Below are positions 38,762 through 50,534 of a stretch of DNA of 64,000 nucleotides, piece after piece. Made by a program: the position numbers and the translations under genes. Under the pieces are notes generated by a model, which was not told the origin of the DNA, made no database searches, and saw only the letters and a list, made by a program, of their open reading frames with translations. Numbering within the stretch: the first letter of the stretch is position 1; the number at the start of each line of letters is the position of its first letter. Source of the stretch: an uncultured Nitrospinota bacterium (lineage in GTDB: Bacteria > Tectomicrobia > Entotheonellia > J063 > CAVPRW01); NCBI GenBank assembly GCA_963707985.1, contig CAVPRW010000004.1, positions 5,793 to 69,792 of the forward strand, written 5' to 3'.

Positions 38762-40059
38762 ATGGCACGACGAGATGTGATGGAGGGCGGCAGCCGATCC
38801 CTCGATCGACGTACATTCCTCAGGGGGCTGAGTGTGGCCACAGGCGCGTGCCTGATCGAGATCCCGACGCTACGCCTGGTTGCAGCGCAAGGCACCATGA
38901 AACTCGGCACGCTTATACCGCTGACCGGACCGCTGGCCGAATTCGGCCCAAACTTCCGGAAGGCGGCCGATCTCGCTGCCGGCCATCTCAAAGAAGCAGG
39001 CCTGAACCTACAGCTCATCCATGCCGATGATGAGACCGCCGCCATTCCCGCCGTGGCGGCTGCCCGCAAGCTCGTCGATGTGGACAGGGTACCAGCAGAT
39101 CATCGGCGCCGCGGCCAGCGGGGTCACCGTTCCAGTGGCGGAATCGGTGACCATCCCCAATAAAGTGTTGCAGATCACCAACGCTTCCACCTCACCGCTC
39201 ATCACTGTCCTGCCCGCCGACCAGGGTCAGGATTTTTTATTCCGGACTTGTCCCTCCGACGCCCTGCAGGGAGTTGTGCTCGCCAAGCTGGCCGTGGAGC
39301 TGGAGTACAAGACGGCCGCCGCCATCTACGTGAACAACCCATATGGCCAGGGTCTGGCGGACCAGTTTAAAAAGTCCTTTGAGAAACGGGGTGGGAAAGT
39401 GGCGGCCCTGGTCCCTCATGATGAGGCACCGGCCCCTAGCTATGTTGCTGAGCTGCGCAGGGCCACCCAGGGCAAGCCGGACGTCCTCGCAGCCATCAGT
39501 TATCCAGGGCATGCCTCGATCTATCTGCGTGAGGCTATCGAAGGCAACTACATCAAGACATTTATGTTCTGTGATGGCACCAAATCCCTCGAAGTCGTGA
39601 AAGCGATCGGGGAGAAGAATGCCGAAGGGATGATGGGGACGGCCCCTGGTTCGGTGTTGACCAACGGCTATAACGTCTTCGTGGCTGAGTACGGCAAGGC
39701 ATATGGTGAAGTCCCGCCGCTCCCTTACATGACCAATATGTACGATGCCGTCGCCCTCGTTGGCCTGGCGATGAAGGCTGCACAAGTTGGAGGGTGTGAA
39801 GGAAATGACTGGCGTCGCCATCCGTGACCACCTGCGGCAAGTGGCCAATCCGCCGGGCGAGGTCGTCGGTCCAGGTGCCACCGATCTGAAAAAAGCCATA
39901 CAATTGCTGGAGGCCAAGCAGAAAATCAATTACGAAGGGGCGGCCGGCTCCTGCGACTTCGACGAGAACGGCGATGTCATGACGGCTATTGAGATCTGGA
40001 AATTCGCCGCCGGAAAGATCGTTACCGTGCGGCTGGAGTATGACATTCCGAAGTTGTGA
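38762..40059 (+). CDS. ABC substrate-binding protein (type I periplasmic, Liv-like) with Tat-type signal; frameshifts ~39085 and ~39790
   Basis: DRRTFL twin-Arg; GTLIPLTGPLAEFG; FFRTCPSDALQG; NNPYGQGL; YDAVAL; INYEGAAG..FDENGD. Confidence 0.82.
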
Positions 40060-40206
40060 GCTGCCAGACTGTAGTCACGTCCACTGTGCTGGCGGCTATC
40101 TACGATGAACTGAGGAGCACTGTCGCAAGGGGTCTTCCCGACGCATCTCAAGTCCTTCGATCAGGGGCCACGTCGAGGTGTTCTGCAGAGGGGTTCCCTT
40201 CCCGCA

Positions 40207-41736
40207 CTACGAAAGTTCCTGCGTAACGTGTTCACCCTTTTGAACCATCCGTGGGAATGCTGCGAGTAGTTCTTCAGCTTGGCCGGCGAAAGACAGCGCC
40301 TTTTCCCGATCACCCAGGTCGCTATATACTTCCGCCAGCAACAGGAGGGTCACCCCCTGGTTGTACTTGTCATCGAGGCTGGCGTAGATCTCAAACGCTG
40401 CAGAATATAGCTGTTCCGCTTCCGCATAAGCCTCCTGCTGGCGCTTGACCTGCCCCAGCCTGGCCAGGGAATGGGCCTCACCCAGGCGATCGCCGCTCTC
40501 CCGGTAGGTCGCCAGTGCCCGCTGGTAAAGGGCCTCCGCCTCTGCATAGACCCCCTGCACCCGCTTCAGATGCCCCAGGCTGTGCAGGGCATCAGCCTCA
40601 CCCAGGCGATCGCCCCTCTCCCGGTAGGTCGCCAGTGCCCGCTGGTAGAGGGCCTCCGCCTCCGCATAGGCCCTCTGCATCTGCTTGACATCCCCCAGCC
40701 TCTGCAACGCATGGGCCTCACCCAGGCGATCGCCCCTCTCATGATAGATCGCCAGTGCCCGCTGGTAAAGGGCCTCCGCCGCCGCATAGGCCCTCTGCAT
40801 GTACTTGACATCCCCCAGGCTCTGCAGGGCATCAGCCTCGCCCAGGCGATCGCCGCTCTCCCGGTAGGTCGCCAGCGCTTTTGCCAGATTCTCCGCAGCC
40901 TTGACCTGATTGTCAGCGAGATAATATATGTCTGCGATTGCCTTTAAGACCGCTGCTTCTCTGCCTTTTTCCTGAAGGTCGCTATAGATCTTGAGCGCTT
41001 GCTCCAGATACATGAGCGCTTCCGTTCGGTATATTTTATCCCTATAACTGCGGGCCACTTCCTCGAGCAATTCCCCATACGCCATTCTGTCGCGCTGCTC
41101 TATACGGTCTTCGTCCTTTTGATATCTCTCCAATTGATCGAGGAGGAAGGCCTCCCGGCTTTTAGACCTGCGTGCCTGGTCGAACCGTGTCGTATAGTCT
41201 CTGGGGATAGTATCGCGACTTATCCAAGGCTGGCTGTCCCTGGTACTCTTAAAGTTGAACACTGTATGCCGGAAGTCATAGAAATCTGGCGCCTCCCGAG
41301 CGATGACGGTCAGCGCGAAATTCGACACCCAGAAGAGCAGGGGGCAGTGGATTTCCCGTGAGATGAGGTCGCGCTGAATATTTAATGAGGCAAGCAAGGA
41401 CCCCTTGAGAGAAGCTTCAATTCCCGTTACGATAATCGCCGCAGGGTAGTTTTGACGGCACTCTTCTTTCAGGGTGCTGTAGAGATCCGTCACTTCTCGA
41501 TAGGTCAGATCGATCTGGCGCAGATAGATGCCTTTTTCTCTGAGGAGATCGGCAAGAGAAGCCAACACACCCTGCCGCTGACGGCGATCTTCACCGCAGA
41601 TGAAGGCCAGGGCAAATCGTTCCTGAAAGGTGACGATGAAGCGGAGGAGCTTGTCAAATTCGGTGGGGCGGGGAGCCTCCAACTTCCCGTTCACCTTACT
41701 TGTTGGCTTTTTTCGTCCGCGTCCTTTTGCCACCAC
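40207..41736 (-). CDS. TPR-repeat protein with N-terminal degenerate NTPase-like domain
   Basis: N-terminal IIVTGIE..LNIQRD..PLLFWV..APDFYDFR..F block; C-terminal ~40-aa TPR-like repeats; start overlaps the ATPase end. Confidence 0.75.
   Translation of the reverse strand: MVAKGRGRKKPTSKVNGKLEAPRPTEFDKLLRFIVTFQERFALAFICGEDRRQRQGVLASLADLLREKGIYLRQIDLTYREVTDLYSTLKEECRQNYPAAIIVTGIEASLKGSLLASLNIQRDLISREIHCPLLFWVSNFALTVIAREAPDFYDFRHTVFNFKSTRDSQPWISRDTIPRDYTTRFDQARRSKSREAFLLDQLERYQKDEDRIEQRDRMAYGELLEEVARSYRDKIYRTEALMYLEQALKIYSDLQEKGREAAVLKAIADIYYLADNQVKAAENLAKALATYRESGDRLGEADALQSLGDVKYMQRAYAAAEALYQRALAIYHERGDRLGEAHALQRLGDVKQMQRAYAEAEALYQRALATYRERGDRLGEADALHSLGHLKRVQGVYAEAEALYQRALATYRESGDRLGEAHSLARLGQVKRQQEAYAEAEQLYSAAFEIYASLDDKYNQGVTLLLLAEVYSDLGDREKALSFAGQAEELLAAFPRMVQKGEHVTQELS
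40473..40880 (-). repeat. 120-bp coding tandem repeats (40-aa units) in the TPR gene
   Basis: CCCAGGCGATCGCC recurs at 40481, 40601, 40721 and 40841 with near-identical flanks. Confidence 0.92.
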
Positions 41737-43049
41737 CGAGACTCCTGATTTCCCTCTGGAACTCTGGCATGTCATAGATGAGAGGGTGGACATCCACCCA
41801 ACGGTCCCCATTATACTCCAGCGCATAACGATAGAAGAGAATACTGCGCTGATCTGCAGTGTTGTCAGTCTGTTTACCCTGATGGATCTTAGCCAATTCA
41901 GCGAAAAAGGTTTGCGGCATGGGACGGGTCAACTCCGCCCGTACATTCACGATCGCCTTCTCGATCGCTGCTGCATCGATCCTGTCCCCCATGGTTTCCA
42001 GACAGGCCTCCTGGATCAATCGCATGAGCTCGCGTAGAGAACCACCACTGTTCAAGACAAGCTTCTTCACCAGATTGGCATGAGAAAAGACCCTGTCGAT
42101 GTCGATCCTCTGCTTGAACACTTCTATAAGCTTCTCGATACCCAATGGAAACGTTTGATTCCACCGCTGATCTTTGCCTCGGATTTTGATCATCGGCAGC
42201 ACGACACTCTTAAACACGTCGGGGAGTGCTTCCCTCCTTGGCTCATAGATCAGGGAGATTGGCACAGTGATAGATGATATTGCAGCGCAGCCGCTTCAGA
42301 TTGTCGGCCTGCTCGATAAGCACTTTGTGCACCGTATCCGGCGGATACCGATCCAGGTTGTCGAAGATCAATAATAACTCGTCGTAGGGTCCTCCTGCCC
42401 GAATCGCTCGATGACATTCGTCGAGGATGAGATTGACGCTGAAGATGAGCTGATCGGGACTTTTCAGCACCCTTTGACGGATTTCTTTTCTCGACTCCTC
42501 GGTGCCCTTGATGAGCGCCGTTATCTTAGCCAGGATGCTCGCCAAAAAGGGCACCTTTGCCCCCGCTTCTGCCGAAGTTTGCAGCTCAAGCTCTTTCTTG
42601 ACCGTCGTCGTATCGATCTCGGTGATCTCGGTAAACCAATTCGTCATCTGCTCCAACAGTTTCTCATCGAGTGGAAACTGCTTGCCAACGTCCGCAACCA
42701 GGACCTTAGAGGCTGCCAGCAGAAGATCCGAGTATTCGAGATCAGTGATATCAAGCTCCTCGTTGGCCTGACAATAGACCACAAAGAAGCGGTTTTCTCT
42801 GAGGACTTCTCCTACCCGTAGAAGCTCGGTCGATTTGCCACAGCCACGGTGACCCGCAAAGGTGATATGCGAAAAAAGACCCCTGGCACTCTCGGGCTTG
42901 ATCAGCAGCCTTTTGAGGCGTTCCTGGACGTCAGTCCCGCGGATCTCCTTGAAGTCCACCCAACGAGGGTCTCCTCCCGCCAATGGGGTCAGCTCACAGG
43001 CCCATTGGGTTTCCTGGACTGTGGCGGCTCGTCTAAATTCCGTCTCCAT
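41696..43049 (-). CDS. P-loop ATPase (AAA+/STAND-like); frameshift near 42255
   Basis: Walker A GHRGCGKST, Walker B LLIFDNLD, SGGSLRELMRL, WVDVHPL; ORFs 42243-43049 and 41696-42265 join at IIY(T)/(V)PISL. Confidence 0.82.
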
Positions 43050-43107
43050 TGTATGCTCCGTCGTTCATCAGCTATGGACCTTTGCCACTCCCCAGTCAGT
43101 GGTCCCG

Positions 43108-44688
43108 TCACGTCGACGCACGCCCGCGGCGTAGGGCGCGCCCGGCCATGATGCCGGTGTGCTGGCCCTTGTCGACCACCACCTTGCCGTTGACGATGAC
43201 GTACTCGATGCCGATCGGGAACTGCTTGGGATCGGTACGCGTCGCCGGGGCTCTGACACGTTGGGCATCGAAGACCACGAGATCGGCCTTGAATCCATCC
43301 CGTAGCAGGCCCCGGTCAGGTAGCCCCAGGCGTTGTGCCGGGAACGACGTCATCTTGCGGATGGCATTTGGTAGGTCCATGAAGCGCTCCTCGCGTGTAT
43401 ACTCGGCGAGGATGATCGGGAACGTGCCATAGGTACGTGGGCTGGGATAGTCGCCAAGGAGCACGGCATCGCTGCCGACCATGGAGAGTGGGTGGCTGAC
43501 GAACTTCGGGAGGGTGGCCATATTGGCGCCGGCAGAGACATACGAAATCTGCAGATCCTCCGCTAACAGCAAGTCACATAGGGCGTCGACCACATCCTTT
43601 CCTGTCATTTCTGCCACCTGAGCGATCGAACGTCCCTCAAAGCGATGGTTTTCCCGGCGCTTGAAATATGTCAGCCACATGTCTTGCCAGGAAGCCGCAC
43701 GCGGCTCCATCTCCTGCCGAATGCGCTCACGCCCCTCGGGCGAGCGCAACACCTCCTTCAGCCGCTCGGGACCGCCATTGTGCGCCCACTGTGGGATGAT
43801 GATGAGCAACCGGGTGCTGCTGTATTGGTACGGATAGCTATCAAAGGTCACATCCAGCCCGCCATCGCGCGCATCCTCGACCAGGCCCAGCATCTGCGCC
43901 GCTCCGCCAGGGCTGGTGGTGCGCTGGTAAAAATGCGTGATGTGGATCGGAATGCCGCTCTGCTGCCCGATTTCCAGAGCTTCTTTAAATGGGTCGAGGA
44001 AACGATCCCCCAGGCTATACCGCACATGCGTGTGGTAGATACCCCCAAGCCGCATCGCTTCCCGGCTGAGCTCGATCAACTCGGCGGTATCGGCATAGCT
44101 TCCAGGAGGGTAATCCAGGCCCGTCGACATGCCGAATGCCCCCTCCTCCAGACCCTCCCGCAAGATCGCCTGCATGTTGGCCAGTTCTTTCGCGGCGGGG
44201 GGACGGTCATCCCAGCCCATGGCGCAGATCCGCACCGGCGAGTTGCCCAGAATGTAGGCGACGTTCACTGCGACGTGATCGGTAAACATCGACAAATACT
44301 GGTCGACCGTGGACCATTTCTTCCCCGCCAGTGGCGGGTTGCCATCCAGTCCCGAATTGAGCTCCACGAAGCGCAGGAAGTCCTCATGCGAGTGGAAGGG
44401 AGCATAGGAGTTGCCATCGACGCCAATCAATTCGGTTGTCACCCCCTGGCGGACCTTGGGCTCATGGTGCGGTTCGGCCAGCATGACGAGACCTGAATGC
44501 GCGTGCATGTCGATGAAGCCGGGGCAGACGATATACCCCTCGGCATCGATGACCCGAGCGGCCTCAATGCCAACGAGGTCACCCCGTAAAATCCGCACGC
44601 GCTCTCCTTCAACTCCCACGGCTCCATAAAATCCGGGATTACCGGTGCCATCGATGATCATACCATCACGAACGAGCAGATCGAGCAT
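43108..44688 (-). CDS. N-acyl-D-amino-acid deacylase (D-aminoacylase family amidohydrolase)
   Basis: IIDGTG, CPGFIDMHAHS, RQGVTTE, GAFGMSTGL, YHTH, GSDA, PRTYGTFP, GFKADLVVFD. Confidence 0.9.
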   Translation of the reverse strand: MLDLLVRDGMIIDGTGNPGFYGAVGVEGERVRILRGDLVGIEAARVIDAEGYIVCPGFIDMHAHSGLVMLAEPHHEPKVRQGVTTELIGVDGNSYAPFHSHEDFLRFVELNSGLDGNPPLAGKKWSTVDQYLSMFTDHVAVNVAYILGNSPVRICAMGWDDRPPAAKELANMQAILREGLEEGAFGMSTGLDYPPGSYADTAELIELSREAMRLGGIYHTHVRYSLGDRFLDPFKEALEIGQQSGIPIHITHFYQRTTSPGGAAQMLGLVEDARDGGLDVTFDSYPYQYSSTRLLIIIPQWAHNGGPERLKEVLRSPEGRERIRQEMEPRAASWQDMWLTYFKRRENHRFEGRSIAQVAEMTGKDVVDALCDLLLAEDLQISYVSAGANMATLPKFVSHPLSMVGSDAVLLGDYPSPRTYGTFPIILAEYTREERFMDLPNAIRKMTSFPAQRLGLPDRGLLRDGFKADLVVFDAQRVRAPATRTDPKQFPIGIEYVIVNGKVVVDKGQHTGIMAGRALRRGRAST

Positions 44689-44829
44689 GGGCAATCTCCT
44701 AGCCAACAGGTGCTGAGTGCGCCGTCATAGGTGCAAAGAAATGCGTCATTTTCACAAGGATGCAGTGGTTTCTTAAGGCCAGGCGCCGCAATTTTTCCCC
44801 CACTCAGCCTCCACCCTCGGGCCTTTCTT

Positions 44830-47800
44830 TTACGAGACCGGTGCGCGTAAAATTGCTTCCCTCGCGGCACGTGCCAGGGCACTATAGCGTGGTAAGGGCA
44901 GATGTTCGATTTGCTGCAGCAACTCCGCGGTCTGCAGGATCAGGCGCTCGAGGTCTCCCTCATCGATCCCAGCCCAACTCACCAGTTGTGACCAGGGAGC
45001 GCCCGTGGCCCAGCGATGTAGGCAGGCCGCACGCCGCTCTCCAGCCGAGGGCAGGGGTTTCCCTGGCTTGCGTGAGCGGCTGAAGTCGGGCTCTTCGTCC
45101 TCGTCCTCCCCAACATCCAGCCAACGTTGTGCGACTGGTGTCAAGATGAGGCTCAGCTGCGGTGAGGGAAGTCCATGCTGCTGTTCGAGACGCTGCAGAT
45201 CACGGATCAGCTCGGGTAAGCCAAATAAGATCGGATGCCCGATCAGCCGTCGCGGAGGTCGCTCGGTGGTGAGAGCCGCGAGTAAGGCAGCAAACTCTTC
45301 AGCCTTCGCGGTGAGGGCCAGTTGTCGGCGCAACAGCTCGCAGACCACGAGCTCATTGGGATGGCGGATCTCGCGGGCCCAGCGTCCAGCAGGGCTGAGC
45401 TCTCCCTGCTCAGTGACGTACCCCAGGCGTTGGAGGAGTCGCAGGCGCCGTTCAAACTCTCCCCCAGCCTTGGCCTGCAGCGTGGTGATGGTGTTCAACA
45501 GTTCGCGTCGGTGGCGAGTCAAGGTTTCTAGGGAGTGTAGCGACGTATCGCATGCCGCTTGCAGGGCGCAACGCAGACAGGGAAGCTCTTGCAAGCGGGC
45601 CTGGGGAGGAGATTGGTCGGGGGGGGGCTGACGCCCCAGGAATGGGGTGGAGGAGGTGCGGGCGACATCACGTAATTGCGCCAGTAGGGGCTCGATGACG
45701 GCCTGGTTATAGGTCTGAACGAAGCGTATGCGACGCATGGCGCAGGTGATGAGCTTCCCGCCGTCGAGCTGAATCACGGCCAACCCACGTAGCCGGCTAC
45801 CTTCTATGCCCACGAGTCTGCCGCGGTTCGGACGACGTCCTGTCACTGTTGCACGTTGTCCAATCAGCAGGCTTGGTTCAAAGGCCAGGGGGAGTGGAGG
45901 GTGGAGCCGTTCGACAGGATAATAGCTGTCAATCTGGTCTAGACGACAGGTTTCAACTCGACCATCAACGCGCAACACTTCAAGCACCGTGGTCGGCCCG
46001 CGTCGCCATACACGGTGCACAACGGCCAGACGTCCGGACTGACGCAGGTGCACGAGTGACCCGACGGCAAAAGGCGTGAACGCATTGACTGCTTCAGGGG
46101 GCGGCAATTGTTTGTGGGCAGAATAGCGGGGTGACGACATGGTCGCTGAGGCGAATGTCACTCATGTCGAGCAGACGGGCCGAAACGCTCACGATGTCAT
46201 TGGCCATACAGAGTCGACGCGCGCCACCACTGGCCAGACACTCCCATCGTTGCTCTGCATGAGCCACTGGCGGTAGACGCCGGAGGAGGACCGCCAGATG
46301 CCCGTCAGCCAGCGTCACCACACGACCTGGACGGAGCTGGAGTGCTGCGGGCCGCTGCGGTTCGGTCAACTGCAACTGCGCCAGGTGGCGCTGCAGGGCA
46401 TGAAAGCGATGGCGTGTCACGAGCCGGTCGTTGCAGGGTCGCCCCTCTAGCGGGTCATCAGGAAGTGTCTCAAGCTGACGTTGCAGGGCTAGAATGGTGG
46501 CCCGTTGTTCATAGGCGGCGAAGGTCTGCGACCAGAACTCACGCGCCTCGCGCAGCGCGAACCGGCCCAGCAGCGCGAGGATCTGGCCATACGAGACCTG
46601 AAACGCGGAGTGCAGCGGTTCCGCAGCTGAGGCCATGAGGGTTTGTGCGGTATATAGGGCTTCCTGATCCTCGGGTAAGAGCAAGACAAATCCGACGCGA
46701 TCTTTGCCCCGTCGTCCGGCGCGTCCAACCATCTGATGGAATTCGAGCGCGCTCATGGCCCGTGGTCCAGCCGTATCCCAAACGTTGAGATTGGGCAGCA
46801 CCACGGTTCGGACCGGCACATCGAGCCCGGCTGCAAGGGTCGTGGTCGCGAAGACGAGCGACAGGAGTCCATTGCGTAGCAACTCCTCAACCACAATCCG
46901 CCACGCCATTAGGTGCCCGGCGTGATGTGGGGCGATTCCGGCGCCGATGAGCGTGTGTCGCAAGGGGTGGCTCCCGAGGAGGGGATATTCATGAGCCAGT
47001 TCGTGATACGCGTCGGCACGCTCACCCGCTCCTGGCAGACGCACGTCATGGAAGGCAGCGGCCGCTTCGTCACATGCCCGCCGCGTCGGCCAGAAAATAA
47101 TGGCTGGGAGTAACTGTGAGCCGCGCAGGGTATGCAAGATGCCGGGCAAGTGGTGGGCTTGCAGGGCGCGAAACGCCATCGGCGTGAGCAGATATGGCGC
47201 CAAGCCCATGGGGAGCACAGAGCGCTGCTCACCAAGCCATCCATAGCGCAAGGGCACTGGGCGCACTTCAGTGGTGATGAGTTCCGGTCGCCGCGGTCTG
47301 ATGCTGGCCATCCAGTCGGCCAGGATCTCAGCATTGGAAATGGTGGCTGACAGGAGCAACAGGAAACTCGTCGGTGGCGTCAACACCATGACCTCTTCCC
47401 AGGCGGAGCCGCGGTCGGGATCGGCCAGATAGTGGGCCTCGTCGAGAATGATCAATTCCGGGAATGGGCCTTGTCCATAGAGTTGATTGCGCAAAATCTC
47501 GGTGGTGGCCACAACGATGGGCGCGTGCGTGTTTTCCCGCCGTTCGCCGGTCAGGAGACCGACGCTATGATAGCCAAAGAGGGCGCGAAAACGCCGGAAT
47601 TTTTGATTCGAGAGCGCCTTCAACGGGGTGGTGTAACACACCGTCTGGCCATTTGCCAACGCACGGGAGATGGCGCGTTCCGCAATCCAGGTCTTGCCCG
47701 AACCTGACGGCGCCACGACCACCACATCAGAGTCCAGGCTAGCGGTCACCGCTGCCTGTTGAAATGGATCGGGGATGAGTGGCACACGGGCGGCCTCGCC

Positions 47801-48262
47801 TAGCCCTGACAGGAACGCCCGTGAAATGGGCTCATAGCGCATACGAGTGAGGGGCTCTGCGACTGTGGCCAGGGTGGCCTCAGACAACTCCGCCAGGCGC
47901 CGTTGAATGTTCAGTCGACGTCTAAGGAGCTCCGCAGCCACGACCACTTGCCGGGCAGGAGCACTATTGCCAGAGGAAGAAATTGGTAGCACCTCGGTCT
48001 GCACTAATTGCCGCAGGGTGGCAGGAGAAATATGCAGCACGGCGGCCACCTGGTCGAGTGTGAGAAACACTTGACCGAGCAGACGCGACCGCAGCACTGG
48101 TATAGCTTCCAAGATGCTCACGACGGCTTCGTCCAGAAGGCGGTGATGCGGGACCGAGCCGAGTCCCAGTTCAGCCAGCGTCGCCTGAATGGTCGCTGGA
48201 GGCACCAAAGGTATGAGTGCGCGTAGGAGGTCAGTATCGGTGGGGTATAAGATTGTGTCCAT
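44830..48262 (-). CDS. Ski2/HelY-like DEAH helicase with N-terminal HTH and DSHCT-like C-terminus; split near 46130
   Basis: APSGSGKT, TPLKALSNQKF, ILDEAHY, LSAT, HHAG, QMVGRAGRRG; second ORF RLGYV..G.LSPAG..EIRHPNEL..W.TGAPW..DEGDL; N-terminal LTLDQVAAVLHISPATLRQL. Confidence 0.8.
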
Positions 48263-48575
48263 GGCGGGCTACCCTCAGCCATTGGACTGCCACCCCCTCT
48301 GTCGGCGAGGGGAGAAAGGCATCAACGTCGCTTTCAATCTAATCGGTTTGCCTGGGGTTCGTCAACAAGACATCTGTGCTTTTTACCCTCTGTAGCATGA
48401 GTGCCAATTGCTGAGGCGCCTCGGGGGCTCTGCAGCTGTCCATGGGACTACTTGGTCAAAGGCGGCAGCGGATGTTCCGCTGCTTATTCTCCTCTCCTCT
48501 ACACACCCCCTGCGAGTGCGGCCCCGATGATGGGTGCTACCCAAAAGGGCGTGCTCCCGATCTGCGATGTTCAAT

Positions 48576-49809
48576 TCACATCAGCGCCCCGAGCAGCTTG
48601 AGCAGGGTCTCCTTCACCGGCACCTCGATGGCAAGTACCGGGATCATCGGTAGCAGGGCGGGAACCACGATGGCGACAAGCGACTGCTTGCCGAGTGGCA
48701 CCGGTTTGATACGCTTAACCGCCTCATACATCGATATCGTGTCTGCCACCGGACCGAGCTCCGGGGCATCGAGCAGCCCTTTGTCTTCCACTCGCTCACC
48801 CAGAATCCAGCGCTGCTGCACCAGCCAGCCGTGTTGGCCCACCAGCGCGCCATACTCGAGGAGACTCCGGCGCTTCAGTCGCCGCAGTGGTGGAGAGAAC
48901 AGCAGAAGCGGCCCGAGGAAGATGACGAGCATGGCAGCCACAAACACCGCTATTGGAAGCTTGAGGGAGGCGACGTGGAGTTGGTGGTAGAGGATCTGGT
49001 GTGCCCAGTCCGAGGCGAGCACCGCCGAGATGCCCAGGACGATGGGACTGAAGGCGGTCGGTGCCAGCTCCAAAAACCCGAGACCGCCGGCGCGATCGGG
49101 ATGTGTGGGCACCAGCCGCAAATCAAGATGCGTGATCCGCCAGAAGACGACCACCGCGATGAACAGCCGCCAGAGCCAGTGGAGCAGGAAGAAGGTGAAT
49201 ATCGGGCGCACCACGAGCACGAACCACCATCCCCCGAATCCCCACCTGAGGCTGGCCGGTCTCGCGGTTCACGGCTCATGACAGCGCGTCCTCGTGCAGC
49301 GCCTCGCCGACACCCGTGAAGTGCCATGCCAGCAGCACTGATAGAACCACCAGGATGGCCCACGCCCGCCAGGAATCACGCATCCCCGCAGCCTGACGCA
49401 AGATGTCGACGAAACGAGATCGCAATGCCGCAGTCACCAATCCCGAGGTGACGAAGTAGGGGAACAGCCGTTGACTGACCGCCTCAACAACGGCCTCCGC
49501 CGCGATGAACAGCGGAATTGCCACCAGGCAACGCACATGGACGCCAAAGTGCTGTAACAGCGGCTCGGAGGCGACTCCGGCAAACACCCTGTGGGTCACG
49601 ATCGCCCAGAGCAAGATTGGCACCCATGTGAGGAGCATGAAAAAGAGCAGGCGTCGTGGGATGCCAAGCCCTGTCCTGGGGATGAGCCCCAATGTTTGCT
49701 GGATGCGATAGGGCGGTCCGCCCTGCACCAGCGAAAAGCTCGTGTCGTCGCTGTGAGAAGCGTCGGCGGTCAATTCCGTCATCGCGCTACCGTTCGGTGT
49801 CTGTGCCAT
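48576..49809 (-). CDS. Conserved hypothetical membrane protein; frameshift near 49275
   Basis: FSLVQGGP, HVRCLVAIPL, hydrophobic segments, HPDRAGGLGFL, APELGPVAD; the two ORFs read as halves of one protein. Confidence 0.7.
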
Positions 49810-49997
49810 GATGCAGTCATTGCCTCCCATGCGGGGGGTGCTGGGTTATCGCCTAACGGATAAGCCATATCCTGGCAATTATTGCACATCGGGGTCGCGA
49901 TGTTGGTTTCTCGGCGGCTATGGCCTTGGCGTCGTTCCAGGAAATCGTTGAGCACTTCCTTGACGGCGCGGGGTGTCGACCGACGCGATGGTCCTTC

Positions 49998-50306
49998 TCA
50001 TGCTGCCGTGACCACGCTCAGTCGATCCCAGCGGTCGCCGAGAATACGCACCAGGCCACGCGCTTTGCGCACATCAATATAGCTGGCCTTATCGATCGCA
50101 TGCCGCAAGAACAGGTAACCAGGAAACATGAGCATGGAGATGAGACGTCGTTTCCCCACTCGTTGCGACCACGCGTCAATCCTGGGGAGGAAGATGTGGA
50201 AACCTTTTGCTGCCAATTGATCGCAGACCAACTGCTCACAATGGCTCCGCGTGTAGAGTGCATACCACAGCGGGATCGACCGATCCTCAGGGCAGTCTTT
50301 GCACAT
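49998..50306 (-). pseudogene. Truncated NusG-paralogue (UpxY/LoaP/RfaH-like) NGN domain, no KOW
   Basis: WYALYTRSHCEQLV..L..KGF..FLP..MFPGYLF..GLVRILG; stops after SVVTAA. Confidence 0.7.
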
Positions 50307-50534
50307 AGCTTTGTTTATCCACGACCTCTGCTCTGCCTTTCACGATCGCAGGTAAGGCTCAGCAAGGGTTCCTCGTCCGGACCGCCTTCCTTGGTGACAT
50401 TAGGCGACAAACGAGAGAATTGCGGCCTTGCCCACACCCTCGTTTCAGGATGGCAAGGGATCACGCTGGGCCAAGGCCGCACTCACCCTCCTACGACCGC
50501 GATTTACACACTGTATCCCAGTCTCATGAGGCTC

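Noticed and set aside
40473-40880. CRISPR-like array
   Set aside because: 120-bp in-frame coding repeats with no unique spacers; no cas genes. The 21-bp and 7-bp repeats elsewhere also lack spacers.
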